From NCBI GenBank assembly GCA_951406725.2, contig OX597829.1:44516001-44580000 (forward strand): 64,000 bases of DNA, given 5' to 3'. Source of the stretch: Octopus vulgaris (lineage: Eukaryota). Made by a program: the position numbers and the translations under genes. Shown piece by piece: positions 14,098 through 27,714 of the stretch (positions are counted from its first letter, which is position 1; every line of letters starts with the position of its first letter). The notes below the pieces were generated by a model, which was not told where the DNA came from, ran no database searches, and saw only the letters and a program-made list of their open reading frames with translations.

Positions 14098-14814
14098 CAT
14101 ATTATATTATATATTATAACATGATTCATCCAAGATACGTTATATAAAGACACTCTAAATACGTTATATGGAAACTAGTTTCATTTTAAGAACATTAAAA
14201 ATTAACGCTCGATTCATTACATAAAGACATTTTATAGATACGTTGTATGAAGACTCAGTAAAGCTATCTCAAGTAAAAGCTCAGTCTAGACATATTATAT
14301 AAAGTTTCACCATACATTATATAAAGACCCACTCTAAATTATATGACGACTCACCACAGATGCAAAATATAACTCACGGCAGGCGCATTATATGAAGACT
14401 CGCTAAATACTGTACATAGTGACACACTGAAATTCAGTTACACGATGACTCAATTTAAATACGTCATACGCGGACTCACATAGAATACAATATATAATGG
14501 CTTGCCTTGGATGCGGTATAGGAAAGCTCGGAATAGATACGTTATACGAAGTCTTGTTTAAGATAACTCAGCTAATATACTTTATACAAGGACTTAAACG
14601 AGACAAGATATATGGTTCCTGCCTATATGTAGCATAATCTGTGTTGAATGGTGACCCAGTTAGTCAATGCTCGTATGATTTTTTTCTTTTCCTTTTTCTT
14701 ATTGCATTATGCTATACACTCATATACATGTATATGTATACATAAACACACACACACACAGACACTCACACACACACATATATATATATATGATATAAAT
14801 AAATACATATATAT

Positions 14815-14871
<57 letters not shown>

Positions 14872-15045
14872 TATAATTACACACACACATACATACATAT
14901 AGACATGTATATATATATATATATATACATGTATATGTATACACACAAACATAAGTGGGCGCAGGAGTGGCTGTGTGGTAAGTAGCTTCCTTACTAGCCA
15001 CATAGTTACGGATGCAGTCCCACTGCGTGGCACCTTGGGCGAGTG

Positions 15046-15428
15046 ATCTTTTATTTGTTTCAGTCAGTTGACTGCGGCCATGCTGGAGCACAAACTTTAG
15101 TCGAACAAATAGATCCTAGGATTTATTCTTTGTAAGTATAGTACTTATTTTACCGAACCGCTAAGTTACGGGGATGTAACCACACCAACATCTGTTGTCA
15201 AGTGATGGTGAGGAGACAAACACAGACACACAAACACATATATATATATGCATATGTATATATACGACGGGCTTCTTTCAGTTTCTGTCTACCAAATCCA
15301 CTCACAAGGCTTTGGTTGGCCCGAGGCTATAGCAGAAGACACTTGCCCAAGGTGCCATGCAGTGGGACTGCATCCGTAACTATGTGGCTAGTAAGGAAGC
15401 TACTTACCACACAGCTACTCCTGCGCCC
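15046..15428 (-). mobile_element. SINE family A, with an inverted duplicate of its head at 14958-15045
   Basis: Family A sequence on the minus strand; the head plus flank is mirrored at 14937-15045. Confidence 0.88.
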
Positions 15429-16618
15429 ACTCATGTTTGTGTGTATACTTTTCGATCTAGCGGTCAGTCATGATGGCTGGCTGGACAAAGTTAGTTACAC
15501 AGGAGAGCTAGGAAGAAGGGAAGATAATAAAGTATTGGCGACCCCAAAATGAGGGTGCGTGTGCGTGTGTATATGAGAGTGTGTGCGTGTGGATAGGAGC
15601 TAGTGAATTTGACGTGTGGATGTGTGCGGGTGTGCGTCTGTAATGTGTAGGTGTGTGGATGATTGTGTGGGTGCTGGGAAGTGGTGAGTGCTAGTGTGTG
15701 CGGGGTGGTGTGATGTGGCGTGGTGGTTTGCGGTGTTGGGTGTGTGGATGCGAGGGTGGGGTGTGGGGATGCAATCGTGGGGTGTGGGGATGCGAGTGTA
15801 GGATGTGGTGATGCTCTGAGTCAATACCATGATCAGAAACGTTCTACCTTTTACTTCGGATCAAAACACCACCCCCTACATGGATGTCTGAATTGCTAGA
15901 AATAGAAATAGCAGACAAGTGTCCCTCAAACAAAAACACGTCATTGAACGTATCGTATAATGTAGGTTCTAGACACATTGAATACAAGAAAGTGCTAGAT
16001 GATTAACGTCTGAAGGGAAAGGAGGAATGGTCACGGCTGGAATGCATTTGATTAACGGTATACTCAGTCAAACTTGACGCGGGGGGGGGGGGGGGCTGGT
16101 GCTTTAAAACAAAACCTGAAAACAACTCCTTTACGTAAGCATTAATCTGTGGATGCTTGATGAAAGCAAATACATTCCTCACCGTCAGTCGAATTTACGG
16201 TTTACTGATATAGATAGGCGTGTAATGTGAATACGTGCGCGTCAGTATGTGTATGTGTGCGTGAATGGATGAATGGATGAATGTCTATGTGTGTGCGTGT
16301 GCCAGTATGAGCGTGTGTACTCACACGAGCACGTTCCGTATACAAGTCTTGGTGAGGTGGGTGGGTGGGGGTGTTGGAGTGGGAGAACGTAATAAATGTA
16401 AATACAAATGGATATAAATACATTGTATTGCAGGTTAAGGCATGGTGTCCGGTAAGATGTAATCCCACATCAAAAGTAGTTCCTAAAGCCGATTACAGAT
16501 TCATTCGCCAAACAACAACAATGGCCGTAAGAAATCCAGAAAACACAATAACTACAACTGTAACAACTCAGACGACATGAAGAGAAAGAACGCAAAATGT
16601 TAAACGGAACTGATATTA

Positions 16619-16684
<66 letters not shown>

Positions 16685-16687
16685 TAA

Positions 16688-16738
<51 letters not shown>

Positions 16739-16802
16739 TTATAATAACAATAATAATAAATAATAATAATAATAATAATAAATTATAATAACAATAATAA
16801 TA

Positions 16803-16833
<31 letters not shown>

Positions 16834-16937
16834 TGATGATAATAATAATAATAATAGTAATGATAATAATAATAATAATAATATTAATAATAATAATGTT
16901 AATAATAATAATAATGATAATAATAATAATAATAATG

Positions 16938-16986
<49 letters not shown>

Positions 16987-17089
16987 TAATAATAATAATA
17001 ATAATATTAATAATAATAATATTAATAATGATAATAATGATAATAATAATATTAATAATGATAATAATAATAATAATAATAATAATAAT

Positions 17090-17153
<64 letters not shown>

Positions 17154-17262
17154 TTAATGTTATATGTAGAAATGAGCAATAGCACTACTATCAATGAACT
17201 AGGATATATATACATGCATATACATATATTAATATATATATATATATATATGTATGCATGTA

Positions 17263-17301
<39 letters not shown>

Positions 17302-17403
17302 GCGCGTGTGTGTGTTTTAAAGTACGCTCCTCTTGAAGCACACAGCTGTATATCTATCTATATATATATACATTTAATAATATTTGTTTCTTAAATATAT
17401 GTA

Positions 17404-17450
<47 letters not shown>

Positions 17451-17507
17451 CATTATTGGTGAATTGAAGAAATGGAGCTGAACGCAGATTGAACAGAAAT
17501 CGTTTTA

Positions 17508-17596
17508 TTTCATTCTACACGTGTTTCGAAAGGCACAAATTACCAAAATCCGATGGAATAATGGGACCATATTGTGTCTTTCTCTTCAGGAAGAAA
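17508..17596 (-). ncRNA. Type I hammerhead ribozyme, canonical core
   Basis: Minus strand: tttcttc CTGAAGA GAAAGACACAA..TTGTGCCTTTC GAAA CACGTG TA gaatgaaa. Stem II pairs 10/11, palindromic stem III ACACGTGT, GUA cleavage triplet. Confidence 0.8.
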
Positions 17597-17623
17597 ATAG
17601 GAAATCCGTTGGAAAAACAAAAA

Positions 17624-18512
17624 CAGGAGGTACGATCAATAAGTATCCGGACTGTGACCATAATAACAAAGCTAATGTACGCAGAGTAAAGCCACGGGGT
17701 ACAGATTGGTTTTGGACACTTGTGCGCATGCACACTAAGTTTTAACGTTCTACGCTAGTCTTGATGTTTACAGCAGTGTTTGAAAGGAATGTGTGTAGCG
17801 TGTGATCGTTGCATTGACCATGACAGAGAAAAGTGTCATGGTGATACCTACTCAGTGGCCTACGAAAAGTTGCAGAAAGTGTATGGAGAGGAGTATATAA
17901 GTCGCACGCAATTGCACGAGTGTTTCAGACGTTTCCAAGATGGCCGAAGAAATGTCGATAGTGACGAACGTTCTGCGAGACTCGCAACCAGCAGAACTGA
18001 GAAAGATATCGCAGATGTACATGCAGCCATGAGGAGAAATCGTCGAATCACCATCCGTGAGTTATCAGAGGATGTGCAGATTAGTTACGGTTCAGTTCAG
18101 TCCATTATCACTAAAGATTTGGGTATGAGACGCGTGTCTACCAAGTTTCTGCGAAAACTGCTTTCAGCAGAACAAAAGGACACACGGGTTTCAGTTGCAG
18201 AAGATCTCCATGATTGTGTCGGTAACGTTTTGAAATCCTTGCGTAGGCCCTTGACCAGGTATCACCAAGCCTTTGGCTAAATTTGACGCAGTTTCTCTGC
18301 TCAACTTTCTCTATCATGATCAATGCGACGATCACACGCTACACATCTTCCTTCCAAGCACTGCTGTGTACAGAGAAGGTGAGGCAGAACGTTAAAACTT
18401 AGTGCACATACAGAGCAGAATCCAATGTCAATTTGTGCCGCGCGACATTACTTTGCATATTTTTAGTTTCGTCACTATGGCAATAGTATGGATACTTATT
18501 GATCAGATTCTG
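17624..18512 (+). mobile_element. Mariner-derived fold-back element (5' part of the transposase plus an inverted second 5' end)
   Basis: TIR gatcaataagtatcc at both ends. ORF 17780-18280 contains mariner N-terminal HTH sequence (AYEKLQKVYGEEYISRTQLHECFRRFQDGR..RRITIRELSEDVQISYGSVQSIITKDLGMRRVSTKF). The minus strand at 18240-18335 encodes the N-terminus again (EQRNCVKFSQRLGDT). Confidence 0.88.
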
Positions 18513-18528
18513 TATATATATATATATA

Positions 18529-18562
<34 letters not shown>

Positions 18563-18781
18563 TGTATGTGTGTGTATGTATATGTATGTATATATATACT
18601 TATATATATATATGTCTCTGTGTGTATATATATATACAACCGATGCTGGTGTGTTTACATCCCCGTAGCACAGCGGTTCGGTACAGGAGACCGAAAGAGC
18701 AAAGAATAAGTCCTGGGATTGATTTGTTCGACTAGAGGCGCTGCTCCAGCATGACCGCAGTCAAATGACTGAAACAAGTAA

Positions 18782-18823
<42 letters not shown>

Positions 18824-18825
<2 letters not shown>

Positions 18826-19028
18826 CGGGAAGCTTTACGAAAATAAACAAAAGACGAAGGCAGGTGGAATACAAACAAACAATTGTATTAGTATGGCGCT
18901 CAGGAATATAAATAAAACAAGTCTTTTACGTTTCGAGCCTACGCTCTTCAACAGAAAGATACACAGAAAAGAAACACAGAAAGAAGGAGAGAAAAAAATG
19001 CGTGCAGAGGCTAGCGAATCAACATGGC

Positions 19029-19032
<4 letters not shown>
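18824..19032 (-). mobile_element. Short (TA)n-embedded element with hammerhead motif (Penelope pLTR-like)
   Basis: Homologous to 45123-45349 and flanked by (TA)n on both sides. Confidence 0.7.
18922..18959 (-). ncRNA. Minimal type I hammerhead motif, A6U variant
   Basis: tcttt CTGTTGA a GAGC gtag GCTC GAAA CG TA aaaga. 5-bp stem I, 4-bp stem II, loopless palindromic ACGU stem III. Confidence 0.65.
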
Positions 19033-19082
<50 letters not shown>

Positions 19083-19185
19083 TCACACATACATACACAC
19101 ACACACACACGCACATATATAGAGGCTCATCATATTTAGGAAAAACTACTGTCCATACATGCCCTTCTAAATCGCAAATGTTCCC

Positions 19186-19216
<31 letters not shown>

Positions 19217-19929
19217 CCCAAACACATACACACACACATACATACACACATACATACATACAGCCACACAAACACGTGTGCGCGTGTATATGCACATATT
19301 AAAATCTACCTAACACAATTATACACAATGATAAGAGTTTCTATAGCTTTCGCTTTCGCTTTCCTATCCATCTTTGTTTTTTTTTTTACTATATGATTTT
19401 ATTTTTGCTTTTTAATATCTATTTTCAAACTTTTTTTTATTTTATTTTATTGTCTTATCTTATTTTATCTTATTTTATTTTATTTTATTTTATTTATTTT
19501 TTTTTTGTCTCTCTCTTGTTTGGCTGTTGTTGTTTATTGCAGAGAAAGCTGCTTGACAAATCTTCTTCGACTGAATAGATCTGGTACACATTCATGGTAG
19601 GATAGTTCCATCGACCAACTTGATTTGATTGTTGTCAGCTCCAACATGGCAGCAATAGCAGCAATCATTTGTTGTTGTTATTGTTGTTGTTTTTCTTGTT
19701 ATTGTTGTTCTTGTTGTTGTTGTTGTTGTTGCTACTGCTGCTGGTTTTCGTTGTTGGGGGTATTAGCTGTGGTGGTTTTGATGGGGGGGGGGTGGCGATT
19801 TCTGATGAAGATGGCTGCGATAAGAGTTGCTGTGCAAAATGATGATGCTGGTGGTTGTCGCAGTGGTGTTGGTCGTGGTTGTATTACTTCTAGGGGTAGG
19901 GGTGATTATCATTATCATTATTATTATTA

Positions 19930-19960
<31 letters not shown>

Positions 19961-19961
19961 A

Positions 19962-20036
<75 letters not shown>

Positions 20037-20130
20037 ATTATTATTATTATTATTATTATTATTGTTGTTGTTGTTATTATTATTATTATTATTACTATTA
20101 TTATTATTATTATTTTTATTATTATTATTA

Positions 20131-20191
<61 letters not shown>

Positions 20192-20306
20192 CATTGTTGT
20201 TGTTGTTGTTGTTACTAATGTTGCTGTTATATTAGTCGTAGCAGTGGCAGCAGCAGCAGTATTTGGAGGAGGAGGAGGAAGAGGAAGGATAGCGCTGTTG
20301 TTGTTG

Positions 20307-20338
<32 letters not shown>

Positions 20339-20586
20339 GGTGGTGGTGGTGGTGATGATAGGGATAATAGTGACGATGTGACGATGGCAAAAATAGTTAG
20401 GAGGAAGAAGAAGAACAAAAACTAGATGGGAGAGAAAAACAAGGAGGAAAGAAAAAAAAGAAAGAGAGTAAGCGCTGATACTGGTTGGAATGACGGTAAG
20501 GGTCATGTAAGGATATATATACATATATACACACATACATATATTTATATACACATATAAATATAAATATATACATATACATATAC

Positions 20587-20618
<32 letters not shown>

Positions 20619-20637
20619 ATACATACATATATATATG

Positions 20638-20758
<121 letters not shown>

Positions 20759-21359
20759 GTATATATATAAACGAAACCAGTTATGAACTGGTGGAGTGAC
20801 AAAAAAATATAAACAAATGAATTAGTGAAGGGGAAAAGAAAGAGCGAGAGACAGAGAAGGAAAGGAATGTGTATCGAGGGGAGCGGAAAATGTGATGTAA
20901 GAGAGATATCTGGTTTTTGTCATTGTTGTTGTTGTTGTTGGTGGTGGTGGTCGTGGCGGTGGTGATGATAGTGGTGGTAGTGGTGGTGGTGCTGCTGCTG
21001 CTCCATGTGTGCAGCATTGTAGTGTGGCTAACTGAACTGCATTATATCGATTTTGGCTAGGTTATGGATATCCGGAAGCACGTCAAAATCCCGACGTTAA
21101 AGCAACAGAATGGCGATACGATTGACATGGCCGCTGCCAAATGTAACACAATTTCGCTGAAGCGACTGAGTTGCCGAGCGTTCAATCTGATGACGTATGA
21201 CAGACTGTCATACAGCCTCAGATCTATGCTCGCCGTATGTATGTATGCGTCAGTGTGTGTGTGTGTGTGTGCGTGTGTGTGTGTGTGCGTGTGTGTGTGA
21301 GTGTGTGAGTGTGTGTGTGTGTGTGTGTATTTATGTACATATATATTTATGTATGCATT

Positions 21360-21411
<52 letters not shown>

Positions 21412-21412
<1 letters not shown>

Positions 21413-21441
21413 CCTTTTTGGCTAAGATCAAAGTGTTGTAT
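21412..21441 (+). pseudogene. U2 snRNA 5' fragment
   Basis: gcctttttggctaagatcaaagtgttgtat matches the conserved U2 5' region GCCUUUUGGCUAAGAUCA(A)AGUGUAGUAU. Confidence 0.7.
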
Positions 21442-21547
21442 ATATATATGTGTGTGTATGTCTGCGTTTGTCTGTGCATGTGTGTGCGTTTGCGTATATG
21501 TATGTATGTGTGTATGTATGTCTATGTATATGCGTGTATGTATGCGT

Positions 21548-21592
<45 letters not shown>

Positions 21593-21644
21593 CGTGTGTG
21601 TGTGTGTGTGCTTGTGTGTATGCATTATATATATATATAAATGT

Positions 21645-21674
21645 GCCTTTTTGGCTAAGATCAAAGTGTTGTAT
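21645..21674 (+). pseudogene. U2 snRNA 5' fragment (second copy, from tandem duplication)
   Basis: Same 30-mer within the duplicated microsatellite block 21235-21778. Confidence 0.7.
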
Positions 21675-22309
21675 ATATGTGTGTGTATGTCTGCGTTTGT
21701 CTGTGCATGTGTGTGCGTTTGCGTATATGTATGTATGTATGGGTGTGTGTATGTATGTCTATGTATATGCGTGTATAGATTTTTTTTTGTTCTTTCTCTT
21801 TTATTCTTCCTTTTGGTGAAGTCCTTAAGAGGATCAATGTACAACGGATGTAGGATGTTAGTTGTGGGGGAAATCGGCTTAGAAACAATGTTCGGAGGCT
21901 GTCGGCCGAAATCGTCACTTGTCGGGATTTGCTGGCCACCTCTCCTGTTCTGAAAGAGGGGTTTACTCCACTCTAAGCGATGACAGTGACTATTTTCGAC
22001 AGATCCTTAAAATAAGTACATGGAATAAATACTATCAAAAATCTTCCTCCTTCCCTCCCCTCCTTCCTTCTTTCCTTCCTTCCTTCCTTCCTTACTTTCT
22101 TTCTTTCTTTCTTTCTTTCCTTTTGCTCGTTTTCCACAGAACGGCTCAAATACATGCGATCTCGCCGGTCTGTTTTTTTTTTGTTGTTGTTGTTTTTTTC
22201 CATACTGGAAATGGTGATAACGATGAATATGATGATTAAGCTTGTGATGCGAACAGAGTCTGCGAGATGGAAATGGATATAATAATTTATGTTATTGTTG
22301 TTGTTATTG

Positions 22310-22652
22310 AGGATGCTGATGATGGTGACGATGATGATAATGATGATGATGATGATGATGTTGATGATGATGATGATGACGATGATGATGATGATGGTGA
22401 TGGTGGTGATGGTGATGATGATGAAGAAGATGATGATGATGATGATGATGGTGATGGTGATGGTGATGATGATGAGGATGATGACGACGTCGACGATGGT
22501 AAGGAGGAGGACGATGATGACGATGATAATGACGACGATGACGATGATGATGATGATGACGACGATGATGATGGTAATGATGATGATGAAGATGATGATG
22601 CCGAAGGTGATGATGATGATAATGATGATGATGATGATGATGGTGGTGATGG

Positions 22653-22690
<38 letters not shown>

Positions 22691-22846
22691 GTGGTGATAG
22701 TGATGATGATGGTGATGGTGATGATGATGATGATGACGACGATGATGATAAGGAGGACGATGATGACGATGATAATGACGACGATGACTATGATGATGAT
22801 GGTAATGATGATGATGAAGATGATGATGCCGAAGGTGATGATGATG

Positions 22847-22877
<31 letters not shown>

Positions 22878-22954
22878 AGCTGATGATGATAATGATGATG
22901 ATGAGGAGGATAACGATACGACGAGGACGACGATGATGATGATGATGAAGATGA

Positions 22955-23011
<57 letters not shown>

Positions 23012-23015
23012 CGAC

Positions 23016-23055
<40 letters not shown>

Positions 23056-23322
23056 GTAATGCCGGTGATGATGATTTTATCCTTGTTGCTATTTTACACG
23101 GATTGCTAATGATGGTGCTGCTGGTGGTGCTGCTGCTGTGACTGCTGCCACTTGGGTTCCAAGTGTTCTTGTAGTTGTTAATCTTGTTGTTATTGTTGTA
23201 TTTACTGCTGCTGCTGCTGCTGATCTGTGTCGCTGGGGTTCATACTGACAGCGATGTTGTTATTGCTGCTGCTACTATTGTTGTTGCTGATGATGGTTAT
23301 GATGAGGATGATGACGACGACA

Positions 23323-23357
<35 letters not shown>

Positions 23358-23484
23358 GATGATGATGATGATGACGACGACGACGATACTGATGACGATG
23401 ATGACGATGATGATGTTGATGATGATGATGATTTTGATAATGACGATGACGACGATGATTATAAAGATAATTTTTCTGATCATA

Positions 23485-23530
<46 letters not shown>

Positions 23531-23540
23531 CGACGACGAC

Positions 23541-23614
<74 letters not shown>

Positions 23615-23985
23615 CGACGACGACGACCATAATGATGACGATGATGACGATGATGATGATGAGGATGATTTTGATGATGATGATGATGACGATGATGACT
23701 ATGATGATGATGACGATGATGATGATGATGATGATAATGATGATGATGATTTTGATGATGATGATGAAGGTGACGACGACGACGATAATGATGAAGTTGA
23801 TGACGATGATGATGATGATGATGATGATTTTGATGATGATGATGATGATAATGATGATGACGACGATAACGAAGAGGAGGATAGCGATGATGACGATGCC
23901 GTCGAAGACGACGACGGCGACCACCACCGCCACCACCATCACCACCACGACGGGCACGACGTTGACGATAACGACGACGATGAAA
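22310..23985. repeat. Compound (GAT/GAC)n microsatellite field with internal duplication
   Basis: Two long GAT tracts; the block at about 22500-22620 is repeated at about 22750-22845. Confidence 0.9.
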
Positions 23986-24328
23986 AATGGAGGAGAAATG
24001 GAGGGCGGGAATGACTTTATGATGATGAGGAGGAAGAGGAGGAGCAGGAAGAGGAGAAGCAGGACTTTGTAGCGGACAGGTCAAAGAGTAAAAGCATGTG
24101 AAGCTTGATGACGGATAAAGCATTACAAATCGTAGACGGATAAATTCAGAGTCAACAAATAAATTATTTATTAACGGTAATATAATTTAAATAATTACGG
24201 AAAATAATGGAAATAGATTAAATGATTCTAGGTTTGTTAGAACTTTATATCTTAAGTAATAAAGTCACAGTATCCATTTTGTTATTTTTATTTCTTTTGT
24301 CTTTTCCAAATATTTATATAAATACATA

Positions 24329-24490
24329 GGCGCAGGAGCGGCTGTGTGGTAAGCAGCTTGTTTACCAACCACATGGTTCCGGGTTCAGTCCCACTGCGTG
24401 GCACCTTGGGCAAGTTTCTTCTACTATAGCCTCGGGCCGACCAAAGCCTTGTGAGTGAATTTGGTAGACGGAAACTGAAAGAAGCCCGTC

Positions 24491-24527
<37 letters not shown>

Positions 24528-24754
24528 TGTGTGTGTTTGTGTGTCTGTGTTTGTCCCCCTAGCATTGCTTGACAACCGATGCTGGTGTGTTTACGTCCCC
24601 GTCACTTAGCGGTTCGGCAAAAGAGACCGATAGAATAAGTACTGGGCTTACAAAAGAATAAGTCCTGGGGTCGAGTTGCTCGATTAAAGGCGGTGCTCCA
24701 GCATGACCGCAGTCAAATGACTGAAACAAGTAAAAGAGTAAAAGAGTAAAAGAG
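24329..24754 (+). mobile_element. SINE family A, full length, followed by two partial copies to about 25620
   Basis: Family A consensus with (gtaaaaga)n tail; further bodies at about 24767-25105 and 25120-25620. Confidence 0.9.
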
Positions 24755-24833
24755 ATGCATATTCCACCAAAGCCTTGTCAGCGGATTTTGTAGACTGAAA
24801 GATGCCCGTCGTATATATGCATATATTTATATT

Positions 24834-24891
<58 letters not shown>

Positions 24892-25233
24892 TTTCTGTCT
24901 TTGTTTGTCCCCCACCACCGCTTCATAACCGGTGCTGGTTTGTGTACGTCTCCTCAACACTAGCAGTACGGCAAAAAGCGACCGACGGAATAAGTCCCAA
25001 GCTTATAAAAAGTACTGGGGTCGATACATTCGGTTGAAAATTCTTCAACGCGGTGCACCAGCATGGCCGCAGTCTAATGACTGAAACATGTAAAGGGTAA
25101 AAGATAAAATAAATATATATGCGTGTGTTTCTTTGTCTCTGTCCCCCTGCCATCTCTTGACAACCGATGTTGGTGTGTTTATGTTCCCGTAATCTAGCGG
25201 ATCGGCAAGTGTTCGATAGAATAAGTATTAGGC

Positions 25234-25505
25234 AGTTCTATATTTAAGAGATGAGGAATTGTGTACACTATTTACATTTGACGGATATTTGTCTCGGCTG
25301 GTATACTCTCGAGCTTTGATCAGGTGTCTTGGGGAAATTTCGAACCTGGGTTCTCATTCCTAAGGTAATGAGAACCTAAGGTAATGAGGGTTCTCATTCA
25401 TATCTTAGGAATGAGAACCCAGGTTCGAAATTTCCCCAAGACACCCAAGAAACGAGATGACAAATATCCGTCAAATGTAAATAATGTAAATAATGTAAAT
25501 AATGT
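25234..25505. mobile_element. Inverted-repeat (Penelope pLTR-like) insertion inside a SINE with a 13-bp target-site duplication
   Basis: ataagtattaggc at 25221-25233 and 25506-25518; perfect 42-bp inverted repeat at 25323-25364 / 25404-25445. Confidence 0.8.
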
Positions 25506-26020
25506 ATAAGTATTAGGCTTACAAGCATAAGTCCCGAGGGAGCGATTTCTTCGACTAAAAAAAAAAAAAACCCCTCTAAGTTAGTGCTCCAGCATGGCCG
25601 CAATCAAATGAATGAAAGAAAAAGTGAAGCTCAACGAAAACGAACACGCTGCAAGCAAAATGCGGTTCTGATTTTGATATATTCCTCAAAATTTATAATC
25701 TGTTTCTAGAAGACATACATGTTAATTTGACTTAAGTAATAGACAGACAGACAGACAGATGGATGAATGGAGGGCCGGACGGTTGGATGGCTGGATCATT
25801 GGAAGGATCGATAAATAGATAGATATGTTATGTGTTTGTGTGTGTATCTGTGTATGAGTGCATCTATGTGTGTGCGCGTGTGAGAGAGAGAGAGACAGAC
25901 AGACAGAGAGTGTGTGTGTGTGCGCGTGTATATGTATTATGTATGTGTGTGTGTGTGTATGTATGTATGCATGTACGTATGTATGTACGTATTATGTATG
26001 TACGTATGTATGTGTGTATG

Positions 26021-26054
<34 letters not shown>

Positions 26055-26108
26055 CGTATGTATGTATGTATGTATGAATGTATGTATGTATGTAAGTATG
26101 TATGTATG

Positions 26109-26139
<31 letters not shown>

Positions 26140-26826
26140 GTATGTCTGTATGTATGTATGTATGTATGTATGTATGTATGTATGTATGCATGCATGTATG
26201 TATATATGTATGTATGTCTTAATGTAGGTACGTATGTATATATGTTTGTATGTATGTATTATGTATGTATGCATGTATGTATGCATGTATGTACGCATGT
26301 ATGTATGTATTTATGGTATGCATGTATGTATGTATGTATGTATGTATGTATGTATGTATGTATGTATACATGTATGTATGTATATTGGACAAACGGTTCT
26401 CACGATACACTTACGTTGACCTAAAACCAAGACTTGAAATTAGACCGAAATCGTTTGGAACCCTAATGGTTAGACAGTAGTAACCTTTAATTGAAACTTA
26501 AGGACAGCACTATACAGAGATTATATCTTTATTTATCTTTTTTTTTTTTGTAAAAAAAAGGTGGGGGGTCATATAAATTTACCCTGAGTAATGGCTATAC
26601 ATCATTGCATACACATTACACCGATTGATAAATGATGTTACTTCATTTAGACGTTTAGAAATATTACGCGACTAAATTAAGAAAATGTGCGATTTTTCTG
26701 TTTGCCATTAATTGAATAGAAAGTACTGCAGAAAGAAAACAAAATGAATTTGTGGGGAAGGAAGAACGTAAATATGAAGTAGCAACAAACGACTAACAAA
26801 CGTAATCGCAATGTTACGGTTCTGTA

Positions 26827-26931
<105 letters not shown>

Positions 26932-27714
26932 AGATAAGATTTTTCGAAAAAAATTCTATCAATGGTCAGCATATTAAAAAATACCTTTAAAGGTTAAATT
27001 TATAAACAATACCTTTATCTTTTATTAAACTTTTAATACTTTTGATATTAAAAAAAAAAAAATAATAAATAAATAAATTAATAAATAAATTAATAAAATA
27101 ATATATAAATATAAAAATATACATACATATATATATATATATATTTGTATATATATATAAAATTTATAAGTTTAAATTATTTAAATAATTTTCTATTTTT
27201 AACTTTTATATTTTTTAATTAATTTTATGTATTGGCTTGTGTTTTTCACTGTTTGAATTGCCTAATAGTGGTTTTATCTCTAATTTAATATAATATAATA
27301 TAATATATTTATACTATAAAGTTAGATTTAATCCTAAATCTAATTTTTCCCTGTAAGTTTGGATTTATTCCCTAATATTATTATTAAATATATATATATG
27401 AATACAGGGTACATAAGAGATGGCCATAACAGGACATCTGACTCGCTAGAAAGAGTAGTTAAACTACAAACCACTATAAAAGGTAATTTTTCGAAAGGGA
27501 ATAAAAAATACCCTATATTTTACCCTATATTTCCTGGACTATGCATAGTTTCAAGCAATCTTTTCGTAAATAAAGAATTTTTCTAATTTTTTTTTTTTTG
27601 CTACCCTAAGATTTATTATATATATATATACGCACATATATATATCACTGTTTTCTCTTACATTCAAGATATTTACCAAACTAGAAGCCATATTGGTTAG
27701 AAATAAATCGTATA

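Larger units (their letters stand above)
13440..14620. repeat. Degenerate minisatellite of about 24-26 bp (approximately tagatacgttatatgaagactcac), interrupted by two SINEs
   Basis: Recurring variants gatacgttatataaagacac, gatacgttgtatgaagactcag, cattatatgaagactcgc and gatacgttatacgaagtc. Confidence 0.6.

Noticed and set aside
13440-14620. CRISPR-like repeat periodicity
   Set aside because: Units are degenerate and adjacent with no unique spacers, the context is eukaryotic, and there are no cas genes.
19542-19600. Possible non-coding exon after a pyrimidine tract and ttgcag
   Set aside because: Acceptor-like only; the donor is weak and there is no independent support without transcript data.
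22267-24014. Poly-Asp ORFs resembling acidic biomineralisation proteins, one with a hydrophobic leader
   Set aside because: GAT repeats stay open by default, the first ORF slips into poly-Met, the second starts at TTG and its leader is a TTG/CTG repeat, and a similar tract occurs at 53235-53510.
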